Origin: Patescibacteria group bacterium
GTDB taxonomy: Bacteria > Patescibacteriota > UBA1384 > XYA2-FULL-43-10 > 1-14-0-10-43-13
Reading direction: 5' to 3'
Assembly: GCA_041674765.1 (NCBI GenBank)
Contig: JBAYVE010000001.1
Span: forward strand, 262,177-326,176
DNA length: 64,000 bases
This document shows positions 17,545-26,241 of this stretch, in pieces. The position numbers were made by a program, and so were the translations under genes. The notes under the pieces are model-generated. The model saw nothing but the letters and a program-made list of their open reading frames with translations, was not told where the DNA came from and ran no database searches. Every line of letters starts with the position of its first letter. The first letter of the stretch is position 1.

Positions 17545-19461
17545 TTGGATTGGAGGATCTTGAAACAGAGTAATATCCGTAATTTCTGTATCATTGCTCA
17601 TATTGATCATGGTAAGTCCACACTGGCTGACCGGATGTTGGAAATCACCGGTACTATTCAAAAGCGTGATATGAAAGAGCAATTGCTCGATACTATGGAT
17701 TTAGAGCGTGAGCGAGGAATTACTATCAAACTAGCACCAGTACGGATGCGATGGGCACATTCACAAACTCCAAGTATTAAAAATCAACATCCAATCAACA
17801 ATCAAGAACCAAATTCCACATTGGAACTCGAAAAATTGAGTGGAAATTGGGGGTTGGATGCTGAAAATTCAAATTCAGTGTTTGAGTTGAATTTGATTGA
17901 CACTCCGGGGCATGTCGACTTTCAATATGAGGTCTCAAGGTCACTCGCAGCCGTTGAGGGAGCTATTTTATTAGTTGATGCCACACAGGGCATCGAAGCT
18001 CAAACTTTATCAGTGCTTTATTCTGCGGTAGATAACGACTTAAAAATTATTCCGGTAGTTAACAAAATTGACCTGCCAGCTGCTCGTCCGGAGGAAATCT
18101 CTGAAGAGATAATAAAAATACTGGGTTGCCAAAAAGAAGAGATACTTTTTGCTTCCGGCAAGACCGGTGAAGGTGTTAGAGAAATTCTTGATACAATCAT
18201 CGAAAAGATACCTGCTCCTGCTGGGTCAGAGGACAAGCCGCTAAAGGCCCTAATATTTGATTCAATTTATGATTCGTATAGAGGAGTAGTCGCCTACCTG
18301 CGAGTCTTTGACGGCTCCATCGCCAAGAATGACTCATTCTTTCTGATGGAAACAAAAAGCGAGGGAGAGGCGATAGAGGCAGGCTATTTCAGTCCGAAAT
18401 TTATTGCAGAATCCCCTCTTTCAACCGGAGAAATTGGCTATATTATTACCGGCTTCAAGAGCGTTGCCGAAGCTCGTGTCGGCGATACCGTGACTCTCAA
18501 AAAAAATCCGACTGACTCTCCCCTGCCTGGCTACAAAACAATTCAGCCATCTGTTTTTGCTTCGATTTTTTGTACCGAAGGGGATGATTACCCGGATCTG
18601 AAGGTTGCAATAGAAAAGTTAAAATTAAATGACGCTTCTTTGGTTTACGAACCGGAACAATCTGATGCACTTGGTTTTGGCTTCCGCTGTGGCTTTCTGG
18701 GCCTTCTTCATATGGATATCGTCCGCGAACGATTGGAGAGGGAGTATAATTTGTCGCTTGTGGTCTCTAGCCCGACAGTCCGATACCTTCTAACTAAAAC
18801 AAGTGGTGAGGAATTAGAGCTCGAGAAGCCAGGCGATCTACCCGAGAAGGGAACTTTTAATGAAATCAAAGAGCCATGGATTGATCTAGATATTTTTACC
18901 CCCAAAGAATATGTGGGTAATTTAATGGATTTGGTTCAGAAGAAGAGAGCGGTTTATAAAAATATTGAATATCTTGACGATGAGAGGGCGATTATCCGCT
19001 ATGAAATGCCGCTCGCCGAGGCTATTATCGACCTTTATGATTCCCTAAAGAGTGTGTCTAAGGGCTATGCTTCGATGAGTTATGAGCAGATTGATTATCG
19101 TGTTGCGGACCTGGAAAAAGTCGATATTTTGATAAATCTTGATAAAGTTGATGCTTTAAGCTTTATTACTCACAGATCAAAGGCCGATAGCGAAGGAAGG
19201 CGCATTACCGAGCGGCTAAAAGAGCTTATCCCTAGACAAAATTTCGAGATTAAAATTCAGGCGGCAATCGGCGCCAAGATCATTGCTTCGGAGAGAATCT
19301 CACCCTACCGCAAAGATGTGACGACAGGTCTCTATGGTGGTGATATAACTCGAAAAAACAAGTTGCTTGATAAGCAGAAAAAGGGTAAAAAGAAGATGAA
19401 GTCAATTGGTAGGGTAGAAGTGCCAAGTGATGTTTTTATCAAGGTCTTAAGAAACGAATGA
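17545..19461 (+). CDS. lepA: Translation elongation factor 4 (LepA), with an extended insertion in the G domain
   Basis: NIRNFCIIAHIDHGKSTLADRMLE (G1), DTPGHVDF (G3), NKIDL (G4), plus the LepA-specific C-terminal domain. About 35 extra residues (AHSQTPSIKNQHPINNQEPNSTLELEKLSGNWGLDAENSNS) lie between ITIK and LNLIDTPGH. The start is uncertain: ATG 17545 or TTG 17561 with GGAGG just upstream. Confidence 0.9.
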   Translation: MDWRILKQSNIRNFCIIAHIDHGKSTLADRMLEITGTIQKRDMKEQLLDTMDLERERGITIKLAPVRMRWAHSQTPSIKNQHPINNQEPNSTLELEKLSGNWGLDAENSNSVFELNLIDTPGHVDFQYEVSRSLAAVEGAILLVDATQGIEAQTLSVLYSAVDNDLKIIPVVNKIDLPAARPEEISEEIIKILGCQKEEILFASGKTGEGVREILDTIIEKIPAPAGSEDKPLKALIFDSIYDSYRGVVAYLRVFDGSIAKNDSFFLMETKSEGEAIEAGYFSPKFIAESPLSTGEIGYIITGFKSVAEARVGDTVTLKKNPTDSPLPGYKTIQPSVFASIFCTEGDDYPDLKVAIEKLKLNDASLVYEPEQSDALGFGFRCGFLGLLHMDIVRERLEREYNLSLVVSSPTVRYLLTKTSGEELELEKPGDLPEKGTFNEIKEPWIDLDIFTPKEYVGNLMDLVQKKRAVYKNIEYLDDERAIIRYEMPLAEAIIDLYDSLKSVSKGYASMSYEQIDYRVADLEKVDILINLDKVDALSFITHRSKADSEGRRITERLKELIPRQNFEIKIQAAIGAKIIASERISPYRKDVTTGLYGGDITRKNKLLDKQKKGKKKMKSIGRVEVPSDVFIKVLRNE

Positions 19462-19536
19462 TGATGCCAAAAACGAAATTAAACTAAACAACTAAAATTT
19501 TCGTATTTGCGTTTATTTTAATATTTAGCGTTTGCA

Positions 19537-20400
19537 ATGAAAAAGAACTTACGGATTGGAACTATTCTGGCAATATCCGCAGCCTTGCTTTGGGCGGTGA
19601 ATATTATTATTACCAAATTCATCCTGCGAGCTGGTGAAAATCCCATCAATATAATCTTTTGGATCACTCTCTTTGCATTGCCATTCTGGCTGGGGCTTTT
19701 TCTGCGCAAAAGGCAAGAGGCTGCGAAGATAACGAAGAAGGATATCTGGATACTCCTTGCAATAGGGATTATTAGTACTCTTTTCATCGCGGTCGTTGAA
19801 GCATTCGCTATCAAATATACGCCGGCGATTAATTATTCCTTTCTAATACGTTCAACCTTGCTTTTCACTATTGGTTTTGCGGCGATATTTCTTGGTGAAA
19901 AAATCACATTAAAGAAGATAATTTTAGGCGTTTTGATTCTCTTGGGAGCGTATTTAGTTGCAACTGGTGGTAAAGTTATTAGCCTTAGTGTAGGCGACGG
20001 CCTGACTTTATTGGAGGCAGCCTTAATCGCCTTTGGTAACACGATACTTGGAAAAATTGCGACAAAAACGATGAGTTCACAATTATCCTCTTCTGGCAGT
20101 TTTATGTTTGGTCTCCTGCCGGTAATAGCAATTACTTTTTTAACAAAATCATTTGCTTTTCCTCACACGATTCCACTTCTGATACTCCTGAGCCTGCTGG
20201 GCGTCATTTCGTCATCAATTAGATTTCGTGCCTATGAGCACTGCTCGGCATCATTTCTAGCTATGACTTATTCGCTGACGCCGGTATTTGTTTCAATTAT
20301 TGCCTTTTTCCTGTTAGGAGAAAGATTGACGCCTATTCAGCTGATCGGCGGATTGCTAGTTGTTTCAGGGGGAGTCTTTGCTGAAAAAATTAAATTATAA
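19537..20400 (+). CDS. EamA/DMT-family transporter (10 TM)
   Basis: 287 aa with two internally repeated five-TM halves, typical of drug/metabolite transporter EamA proteins. Confidence 0.55.
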   Translation: MKKNLRIGTILAISAALLWAVNIIITKFILRAGENPINIIFWITLFALPFWLGLFLRKRQEAAKITKKDIWILLAIGIISTLFIAVVEAFAIKYTPAINYSFLIRSTLLFTIGFAAIFLGEKITLKKIILGVLILLGAYLVATGGKVISLSVGDGLTLLEAALIAFGNTILGKIATKTMSSQLSSSGSFMFGLLPVIAITFLTKSFAFPHTIPLLILLSLLGVISSSIRFRAYEHCSASFLAMTYSLTPVFVSIIAFFLLGERLTPIQLIGGLLVVSGGVFAEKIKL

Positions 20401-20416
20401 TTTTGACCATTTTTTT

Positions 20417-20448
20417 CGGGATATTTGAACGATCGTTTAAATATCCCG
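20417..20448. repeat. 32 bp near-perfect palindrome centred on CGATCG
   Basis: CGGGATATTTGAACGATCGTTTAAATATCCCG. The arms differ only by a G/A that becomes a G-U pair in RNA. It is flanked by a T6 tract on the 5' side and an A5 tract on the 3' side, so it is not a canonical terminator in either orientation. Confidence 0.6.
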
Positions 20449-20510
20449 AAAAATAAAAATGATTGATTAGTTGAAAACAGGGAATTGATAATTGTAAAAT
20501 TATATAAAGA

Positions 20511-20726
20511 ATGCATACAAACTTTCACAAAGGAACGCCGATATTTATCATTTTTAAGGACGATAGCACTACTTGCGGCAAATTTTCTGATCACAAAAGC
20601 GGTAAAGTTTTGCTTGAGGACGGCAGATCTATTGAACTCTCAAAAGTCCGGACTATGACAATCCGAAAACTCAAAACCTCGGAGGGGGAGAAAAGTGGTA
20701 AAAAAATTATTTTTCGAAAAAAATAA
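20511..20726 (+). CDS. Small hypothetical protein (71 aa, Lys-rich)
   Basis: ORF only; MHTNFHKGTPIFIIFKDDSTTCGKFSDHKSGKVLLEDGRSIELSKV... No motif recognised. Confidence 0.3.
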   Translation: MHTNFHKGTPIFIIFKDDSTTCGKFSDHKSGKVLLEDGRSIELSKVRTMTIRKLKTSEGEKSGKKIIFRKK

Positions 20727-20740
20727 TAAATGCTGGTAAT

Positions 20741-20774
20741 AAAAAAAAGCGTAGCCCTGTACAAGCGGCTACGC
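20741..20774 (-). terminator. Rho-independent terminator of the 20780..21316 gene
   Basis: On the minus strand, GCGTAGCC-loop-GGCTACGC (8 bp GC-rich stem) followed by a U8 run (the plus-strand A8 at 20741..20748). Confidence 0.6.
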
Positions 20775-20779
20775 CTCGG

Positions 20780-21316
20780 TCAGCATACCGAGAAGATGAT
20801 CTCGATAGCTTTTGTTATTAGGATTCGGTTCCTGTCCTCCGGAGAGTCCATTGTGGCAGCCTTCAAGTGGGCTGCCAACCGAGCCAATTTGTCTGCTTGT
20901 TCAGCATCGGGCAGTTTGAGCTGTGATCTTAGACTTGGGCTAAGATGTATCCATTGATCTCTCCTGTCAATCGAGACTGATGCTAAGATATTAAGAACCA
21001 GGTAGTTGGCAGAGTATTTTGGCCCCTCTTCGCGACTTTTCAAAGCGTTGGCAACAACATTCAGTAGGCAATAAAATTTGTTGCTGACTCTACCTTCCTT
21101 ATCGCAGAAGAACCAAAGAAGAAAGATGATGAACGATGGCAGGCTGTCACCTGGCAACAAACGTTCGTCTAATGCAAGCTGCATTGCTTTTAGCCTTGCT
21201 TCATCAGTGTATTGTATAGCAGACATCGATATTACTCCTTTGTCAGAACAGAATGGGGTATTATAGATACTAAATATTAAAATTAGGCTTTTGTCAATAT
21301 TTTTATACCAGCTCAT
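20780..21316 (-). CDS. Hypothetical protein (178 aa). Its 3' half is GC-richer than its surroundings.
   Basis: ORF only; the start may be the internal Met (MSAIQYTDE...). No motif recognised. Confidence 0.4.
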   Translation of the reverse strand: MSWYKNIDKSLILIFSIYNTPFCSDKGVISMSAIQYTDEARLKAMQLALDERLLPGDSLPSFIIFLLWFFCDKEGRVSNKFYCLLNVVANALKSREEGPKYSANYLVLNILASVSIDRRDQWIHLSPSLRSQLKLPDAEQADKLARLAAHLKAATMDSPEDRNRILITKAIEIIFSVC

Positions 21317-21372
21317 CTTTCCCTAGATTGACTTCAACCTCTTTTTAAGGTACTATTCTATAGTAAATATAG

Positions 21373-21447
21373 GGGCGGTTAGCTCAATGGTAGAGCAGTG
21401 GCCTTTTAAGCCATTGGTTCCGGGTTCGAGTCCCGGGCCGCCTACCA
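21373..21447 (+). tRNA. tRNA-Lys (anticodon UUU)
   Basis: GGGCGGT-TA-GCTC-AATGGTA-GAGC-A-GTGGC-CTTTTAA-GCCAT-TGGTT-CCGGG-TTCGAGT-CCCGG-GCCGCCT-A-CCA. It is followed by an A8/T-rich imperfect stem-loop. Confidence 0.85.
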
Positions 21448-21509
21448 AAAAAAAGACCAGAATTATTTCTGTTCTTTTTTTGATTAGGGCTCGTAATGCA
21501 TGTTGTAAA

Positions 21510-21872
21510 CTATTTGGGGCGAATAACTTTTACTTTGTTGCTGCGATCGAAATAATTAAAGAGAGTAATCACAATTGAGTAAATAAAGGCACCCCAAAAT
21601 GCTGACCAAAAATCGGTGACTTCAAATCCTTTGACTATTGTGCTTGCCAGCCAGAAAATGAGGGCGTTAATAATGAAAGTAAATAGACCTAAGGTTAAAA
21701 TGTTCACAGGAAGGGTTAGTAAAATCAAAATTGGCCTGATGAGCGCATTGAGAAAACCAAGTACTAGAGCGGCTATCAACGCTGACCAAAAGGAAGAAAA
21801 ATGTATGCCTGGCACTAGTGAAGCGACAAATATCAATATTAATGTGTTTAGGAGCCAGCGGAGCAAAATCAT
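21510..21872 (-). CDS. DUF360 / phage holin family IV (YvlD-like) membrane protein
   Basis: MILLRWLLNTLILIFVASLVPGIHFSSFWSALIAALVLGFLNALIRPILILLTLPVNILTLGLFTFIINALIFWLAS matches the 4-TM DUF360 (YvlD / mycobacterial phage holin-like) pattern. Confidence 0.65.
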   Translation of the reverse strand: MILLRWLLNTLILIFVASLVPGIHFSSFWSALIAALVLGFLNALIRPILILLTLPVNILTLGLFTFIINALIFWLASTIVKGFEVTDFWSAFWGAFIYSIVITLFNYFDRSNKVKVIRPK

Positions 21873-21877
21873 AGTTT

Positions 21878-21957
21878 AAATGCTAAAGGCTAAAATAAAC
21901 GAAATAACGAAATCATAATTTTTAGTTCTTTAGTTTCCTTTCGTTTTTAGCATTAAT
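21878..21957. repeat. Left arm of an ~80 bp imperfect inverted-repeat pair bracketing the 21958..22464 gene
   Basis: AAATGCTAAAGGCTAAAATAAACGAAATAACGAAAT...TTTAGTTCTTTAGTTTCCTTTCGTTTTTAGCATTAATT. Its reverse complement aligns (about 88-90% over both sub-blocks) with 22559..22637. Confidence 0.65.
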
Positions 21958-22464
21958 TTATTTATCTTTCTTCTTCCAGTTGATAACTATTAACATAATT
22001 GGCGGGGTGATAACAAAAAGAGCTCGATACAAATAAAGATAGTGAGCTGATTTTGAAATTTCTAGGTAATGGTTTCGTGAAGCTTCAGGCAAAAAGCCCA
22101 AAATTGAAGAAAGGATGAGGGCGACCGTCAGAACGCTGTAGAAAAAAACCTCAATAACTGAGATATCATCGGACTTTTTCCCTCTGGAATTGATTGCTCC
22201 CGAAACAAATATCACAGAAATCAAAAAAAGAACAATTGCAATTGTCGAAGCTGAGGCGTTACCTTTGATCCAGACTTCGTTTGCGATGACTTTATTGCCG
22301 TTGAAAAAATCAAAAACTGTTTGCGAGAAGCTCGTAGCAATCACAATTCCGATATAAACTGAGCATAGGTACGTAATAACTTTGTCTTTTTGCAAAATAA
22401 AGCCATAGCCGATGCCAAAAGCAAAAATAAGTCCTATAAATACATCCGTGCTCGGAAGCTGCAT
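21958..22464 (-). CDS. Hypothetical polytopic membrane protein (168 aa, 4-5 TM) carried between the inverted repeats
   Basis: ORF with RBS GGAGGGG before the ATG; hydrophobic segments FIGLIFAFGIGYGFIL, LCSVYIGIVIATSF, TIAIVLFLISVIFVSGAI, FFYSVLTVALILSSILGFL and LFVITPPIMLIVI. Confidence 0.55.
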   Translation of the reverse strand: MQLPSTDVFIGLIFAFGIGYGFILQKDKVITYLCSVYIGIVIATSFSQTVFDFFNGNKVIANEVWIKGNASASTIAIVLFLISVIFVSGAINSRGKKSDDISVIEVFFYSVLTVALILSSILGFLPEASRNHYLEISKSAHYLYLYRALFVITPPIMLIVINWKKKDK

Positions 22465-22558
22465 TAAATATTCCCCTCCAAGTATAAATTAGCAACTCAG
22501 AATTAACTTTCTTTTATATTATCGGTCAAAAGATGCCATAAGTCAATAAAAAACTCTC

Positions 22559-22637
22559 AATGCCAAAAGCGAAAAGAAACTAAAGAACTAAAGGGGGAAT
22601 TTTCGTTATTTCGTTATTTTAGTTTTTAGCATTAAAT
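22559..22637. repeat. Right arm of the inverted-repeat pair
   Basis: AATGCCAAAAGCGAAAAGAAACTAAAGAACTAAAGGGGGAATTTTCGTTATTTCGTTATTTTAGTTTTTAGCATTAAAT, which is the reverse complement counterpart of 21878..21957. Confidence 0.65.
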
Positions 22638-22657
22638 ATCGAAACCTGGGAATTGTT

Positions 22658-23293
22658 CTATCCCCACCACCCCCGTTTTTTTTGATCTTCTGCTCTTAAC
22701 TTTTCCCAGAGTTCTTTTTGTTCTTTCGAAATATGTTTTGGCATTTCGATTGAGATAGTAAGAATGAGATCACCTCGCTTACCATTTTTGTAAGGCCTGC
22801 CCTTCCCCGGAAAACGATATGAGACGCCTGATTGAGTGCCAGCAGGAAGATCGAAAGAGACTTCTTCTCCACCAATTTCAATATTTATTTTATCCCCTAG
22901 GACTGCCTGTGCCGGCGATATCTTTAGCTCTGCTTGAACTTGTGACATGCTGGCGCCAAAAAAATCTTCAAATATGTCTCCAAGCCCGCCGAAGCCCGAG
23001 AAACCACTAAAATCACCTTGACCAAAGCCTGAAAAACCACCTCCGAAACCTTGTCCGTTCCCAAATCCGCCATTCTTGAAGGCAGCATCTCCAAACTGGT
23101 CATATTGTTGTCTTTTTTGCTGATCTGAGAGTATTTGGTAAGCTTCATTTACCTCTTTGAATTTAACCTCATCTTCTTTGCTTCCACCACGATCAGGGTG
23201 GTACTGCAAAGCGAGCTTGCGGTAAGCTTTCTTTATTTCATCAGCGGAGGCATTCTTTGACACCCCCAATATTTTGTAATAATCGGTTGACAT
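22658..23293 (-). CDS. J-domain co-chaperone (short DnaJ-like, no zinc-finger domain)
   Basis: [34 protein letters not shown] (J domain with HPD) followed by a Gly/Phe-rich region ([17 protein letters not shown]) and a C-terminal domain. No CxxCxGxG repeats. Confidence 0.8.
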   Translation of the reverse strand: MSTDYYKILGVSKNASADEIKKAYRKLALQYHPDRGGSKEDEVKFKEVNEAYQILSDQQKRQQYDQFGDAAFKNGGFGNGQGFGGGFSGFGQGDFSGFSGFGGLGDIFEDFFGASMSQVQAELKISPAQAVLGDKINIEIGGEEVSFDLPAGTQSGVSYRFPGKGRPYKNGKRGDLILTISIEMPKHISKEQKELWEKLRAEDQKKRGWWG

Positions 23294-23378
23294 AATAATA
23301 AAGCAATGAGAAATAAGTGGTAAGTAGCAAGCTAAGAATCAAAGCTTACGGCATATTACTTATATCTTATTGCTGATA

Positions 23379-24044
23379 TTATTCCGTAATTTGTTTGCCC
23401 GAGCTGGCATCTAATGTTATCACATAATTACTATTTTGGCCTTTGTATTCCACAACCCAGACCAGCCAGCCTTTTTGAGGAATGGTTTTAAGAGTCAGCC
23501 TCAATTCAAGTAATGTATTTTCTTCTCGCCATTTGAGACCGCCAGCCTTCTCTGCCAGCTGCAGAGCAGTAACATAATTGTATTTCCAGAGTTTGGTATC
23601 GACTGTTGCCAGATTACCGGCATAGTCTTCCTTCGGCACCAGCGCTCGGCTATAGGAATTATCTTTTTGCAGCACCGTAATCATCCAGTTATTCGATGTA
23701 TCATTTGCGGCAGAGAATATATAGCGCAGTGACGTTCGATCGGCTGTCATCGAATCATCAATTGAAACTTCGATTGCCGATAGAGCATTATTTGGGTTTT
23801 GCAGAGTTGCCTTCTCTACTGCCAGTGCATACTGCTGTCTCACGGAAGAGTCAAAATCTGTAGGATCAAGATTGGTCAGATTGGAAACCACCGAAGGGCT
23901 GTAAGCATTGGTATTGATGTTGGTCTGCGTCTGCGCTGTCTTTTTGGCCTCTTGGCGCTTGGAAATAAAATTCCAGCCGAAAGCGATCAAGATCGCAACA
24001 ACAAAGAGAATTAGCACAACAGGTTGACGGAAAAAATTATTCAT
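23379..24044 (-). CDS. Hypothetical membrane-anchored protein (221 aa)
   Basis: RBS AGGAGGGG; N-terminal TM VVLILFVVAILIAFGW; no recognised domain. It sits between dnaK and the dnaJ-like gene. Confidence 0.45.
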   Translation of the reverse strand: MNNFFRQPVVLILFVVAILIAFGWNFISKRQEAKKTAQTQTNINTNAYSPSVVSNLTNLDPTDFDSSVRQQYALAVEKATLQNPNNALSAIEVSIDDSMTADRTSLRYIFSAANDTSNNWMITVLQKDNSYSRALVPKEDYAGNLATVDTKLWKYNYVTALQLAEKAGGLKWREENTLLELRLTLKTIPQKGWLVWVVEYKGQNSNYVITLDASSGKQITE

Positions 24045-24240
24045 TTTCTAACTAGTTGAACTAGCCCCTCCTAATTTTAAACCTACTTTATTTTATCCTT
24101 CTTTGGCCGCTGAAACAAGATGGTGGCAACCGCCCCTATGGTACTATATACGGTGTATCTTGGAGGTGAAGGATCTATCAGTATCCATTGTGATAGATCC
24201 TTCAGTCCTCAGGATGACAGATCGAAAAGAAACTCTGACT

Positions 24241-26133
24241 CTATTTTTCTTCTTCTACCTTTTCGGCTTTTTCTTCCTCTGTCTTCTCGTCTTTTTCTTC
24301 TGTTTTTACCTCTTCTTGTTTAGCTTGGCTTGCCTGCTCGTACATCTTCGCACCGACTTCTTGTAAAGCTTTGCTTAAAGATTCGGTTTGTGTCTTGATC
24401 TCCTCCAGATTGTCTTTGTCTTTCACTTCTTTAAGCGCCTTAATTTTTTCCTCAACGTCGGACTTCAAGTTGCTATCAACTTTATCACCGGCATCACCCA
24501 AGGTTTTTTCAGACGTATAAATCAGAGTATCAGCCATATTTTTGGCTTCGATCAACTCTTTTTTCTGTTTATCTTCGTCGGCGTGCTCTTCGGCTTCCTT
24601 CTTCATTCTCTCAATTTCTGCTTCAGAAAGACCAGACGAGGCAGTAATGGTGATCTTCTGCTCTTTGCTGGTTGCTTTGTCGACGGCCTTTACGTTTACA
24701 ATGCCATTGGCGTCGATATCAAAGGTAACTTCGACTTGAGGCACGCCTCGGGGTGCTGGTGGAATACCGTCGAGCATAAACCGGCCAAGAGTTTTGTTGT
24801 CAGCTGCCATTTCGCGTTCGCCCTGTAAAACGTGGATTTCCACGGAGGTTTGATTGTCGGCTGCTGTTGAGAAAATCTGTGACTTGGAAGTAGGAATTGT
24901 GGTATTTCTTTCAATCAATTTGGTCGAAACGCCTCCAAGTGTCTCGATGCCGAGGGAAAGGGGAGTGACGTCGAGTAAAAGCAAATCTTTGACCTCGCCG
25001 CCGAGAACGCCGCCCTGGATGGCAGCGCCAAGAGCGACAGCCTCATCAGGATTGACAGAGTGATCCGGCTCTTTGCCGAAGAATTTTTTGACGGCTTCTC
25101 GAACTGCCGGCATTCTGGTCATTCCGCCGACTAGAATTACTTCATTGATATCATTTTTTTCAACCTTGGCATCCTTCAAGACCTTTTCGCAAGGTTTCAA
25201 GGTTTTCTCGATCAAAGGCTCTACCATTTTTTCCAGCTGCGCTCGGGAAATGGTCATTTGCAAATGCTTAGGGCCTGATTGATCGGCAGTCACAAATGGC
25301 AAATTAATCTCTGTCTCTTGAGCTGTTGAGAGCTCAATCTTGGCTTTTTCGGCTGCTTCTTTGACGCGTTGGATGGCTGCTTTGTCTGAGTGGAGATCAA
25401 CACCCTGATCCTTTTTAAATTCATCGATAATATAATCCATCACGACCTGATCGAAGTCGTCACCGCCGAGATGAGTATCGCCGTTGGTTGCCTTGACCTC
25501 AAAAACGCCATCGCCAAGTTCCAAAATGGTAATATCAAAGGTACCGCCACCGAGGTCGTAGACAGCAATTTTTTCATTCTTTTTCTTATCAAGACCGTAA
25601 GCGAGTGATGCTGCTGTCGGTTCGTTGATAATTCTTTTGACGTCTAGCCCGGCGATTTTACCGGCATCTTTGGTAGCCTGTCTCTGTGCATCATTGAAAT
25701 AAGCAGGTACAGTAATTACCGCTTCGGTGACTTTTTCGCCGAGATAGGTTTCGGCATCTGCCTTCAATTTTTGCAAAATGAAAGCTGAAATCTCTTGTGC
25801 GCTATAATCCTTGCCGTTCATAATGACTCGAACGGAACCGTCGGAGGCCTTTTTGCTCTCATAAGGCATTTTCTTGAGATCAGCCTGGACTTCAGGATCG
25901 TCAAATTTTCGTCCGATAAATCTCTTGACTGAAAAAATAGTGTTTTCTGAATTCGTTACTGCTTGACGCTTCGATAGTTGTCCGACCAATCTGTCGCCTT
26001 TTTTTGTTTCGGCAACAATTGAAGGAACCGTTCTTCCACCCTCGGAAGAAGTAATAATTTTTGCCTCGCCACCTTCCATCACAGCCACAGCCGAGTTGGT
26101 CGTGCCAAGATCGATACCAACTATTTTACCCAT
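24241..26133 (-). CDS. dnaK: Molecular chaperone DnaK (Hsp70)
   Basis: [26 protein letters not shown] and [13 protein letters not shown], i.e. the full NBD+SBD. The acidic/Lys C-terminal tail ends [11 protein letters not shown]. Confidence 0.97.
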   Translation of the reverse strand: MGKIVGIDLGTTNSAVAVMEGGEAKIITSSEGGRTVPSIVAETKKGDRLVGQLSKRQAVTNSENTIFSVKRFIGRKFDDPEVQADLKKMPYESKKASDGSVRVIMNGKDYSAQEISAFILQKLKADAETYLGEKVTEAVITVPAYFNDAQRQATKDAGKIAGLDVKRIINEPTAASLAYGLDKKKNEKIAVYDLGGGTFDITILELGDGVFEVKATNGDTHLGGDDFDQVVMDYIIDEFKKDQGVDLHSDKAAIQRVKEAAEKAKIELSTAQETEINLPFVTADQSGPKHLQMTISRAQLEKMVEPLIEKTLKPCEKVLKDAKVEKNDINEVILVGGMTRMPAVREAVKKFFGKEPDHSVNPDEAVALGAAIQGGVLGGEVKDLLLLDVTPLSLGIETLGGVSTKLIERNTTIPTSKSQIFSTAADNQTSVEIHVLQGEREMAADNKTLGRFMLDGIPPAPRGVPQVEVTFDIDANGIVNVKAVDKATSKEQKITITASSGLSEAEIERMKKEAEEHADEDKQKKELIEAKNMADTLIYTSEKTLGDAGDKVDSNLKSDVEEKIKALKEVKDKDNLEEIKTQTESLSKALQEVGAKMYEQASQAKQEEVKTEEKDEKTEEEKAEKVEEEK

Positions 26134-26210
26134 TGTGTCTCCTTGAATTATTTTTTAATAATGCTCTCAATCAGTCAAAAGCAACTGACCAAGAAATTAA
26201 TTGTATACTA

Positions 26211-26241
26211 AAAATGTAAAGTATACTTTACATTTTGTCAA
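26211..26241 (-). promoter_or_regulatory. dnaK promoter (TTGACA-17-TACATT on the minus strand) overlapped by a 26 bp perfect palindrome (candidate operator)
   Basis: The minus-strand TTGACA is the reverse complement of 26236..26241. AAAATGTAAAGTATACTTTACATTTT (26211..26236) is a perfect palindrome occupying the spacer and -10 region, about 80-100 nt upstream of the dnaK ATG. It does not match the CIRCE consensus. Confidence 0.45.

Noticed and set aside
21387-21578. 63-aa ORF overlapping tRNA-Lys
   Set aside because: The sequence folds into a canonical tRNA-Lys(UUU) cloverleaf, and the ORF is a translation of the tRNA.
24169-24200. Perfect 10 bp inverted repeat AGGATCTATC...GATAGATCCT just downstream of dnaK
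   Set aside because: No following U-run on the minus strand, so it is not a clear terminator. It may be an RNA processing or attenuator hairpin, but the evidence is too thin to call.
24388-25608. Plus-strand ORFs (146, 65, 69, 69, 72 aa) antisense to dnaK
   Set aside because: Shadow ORFs inside a highly conserved gene.
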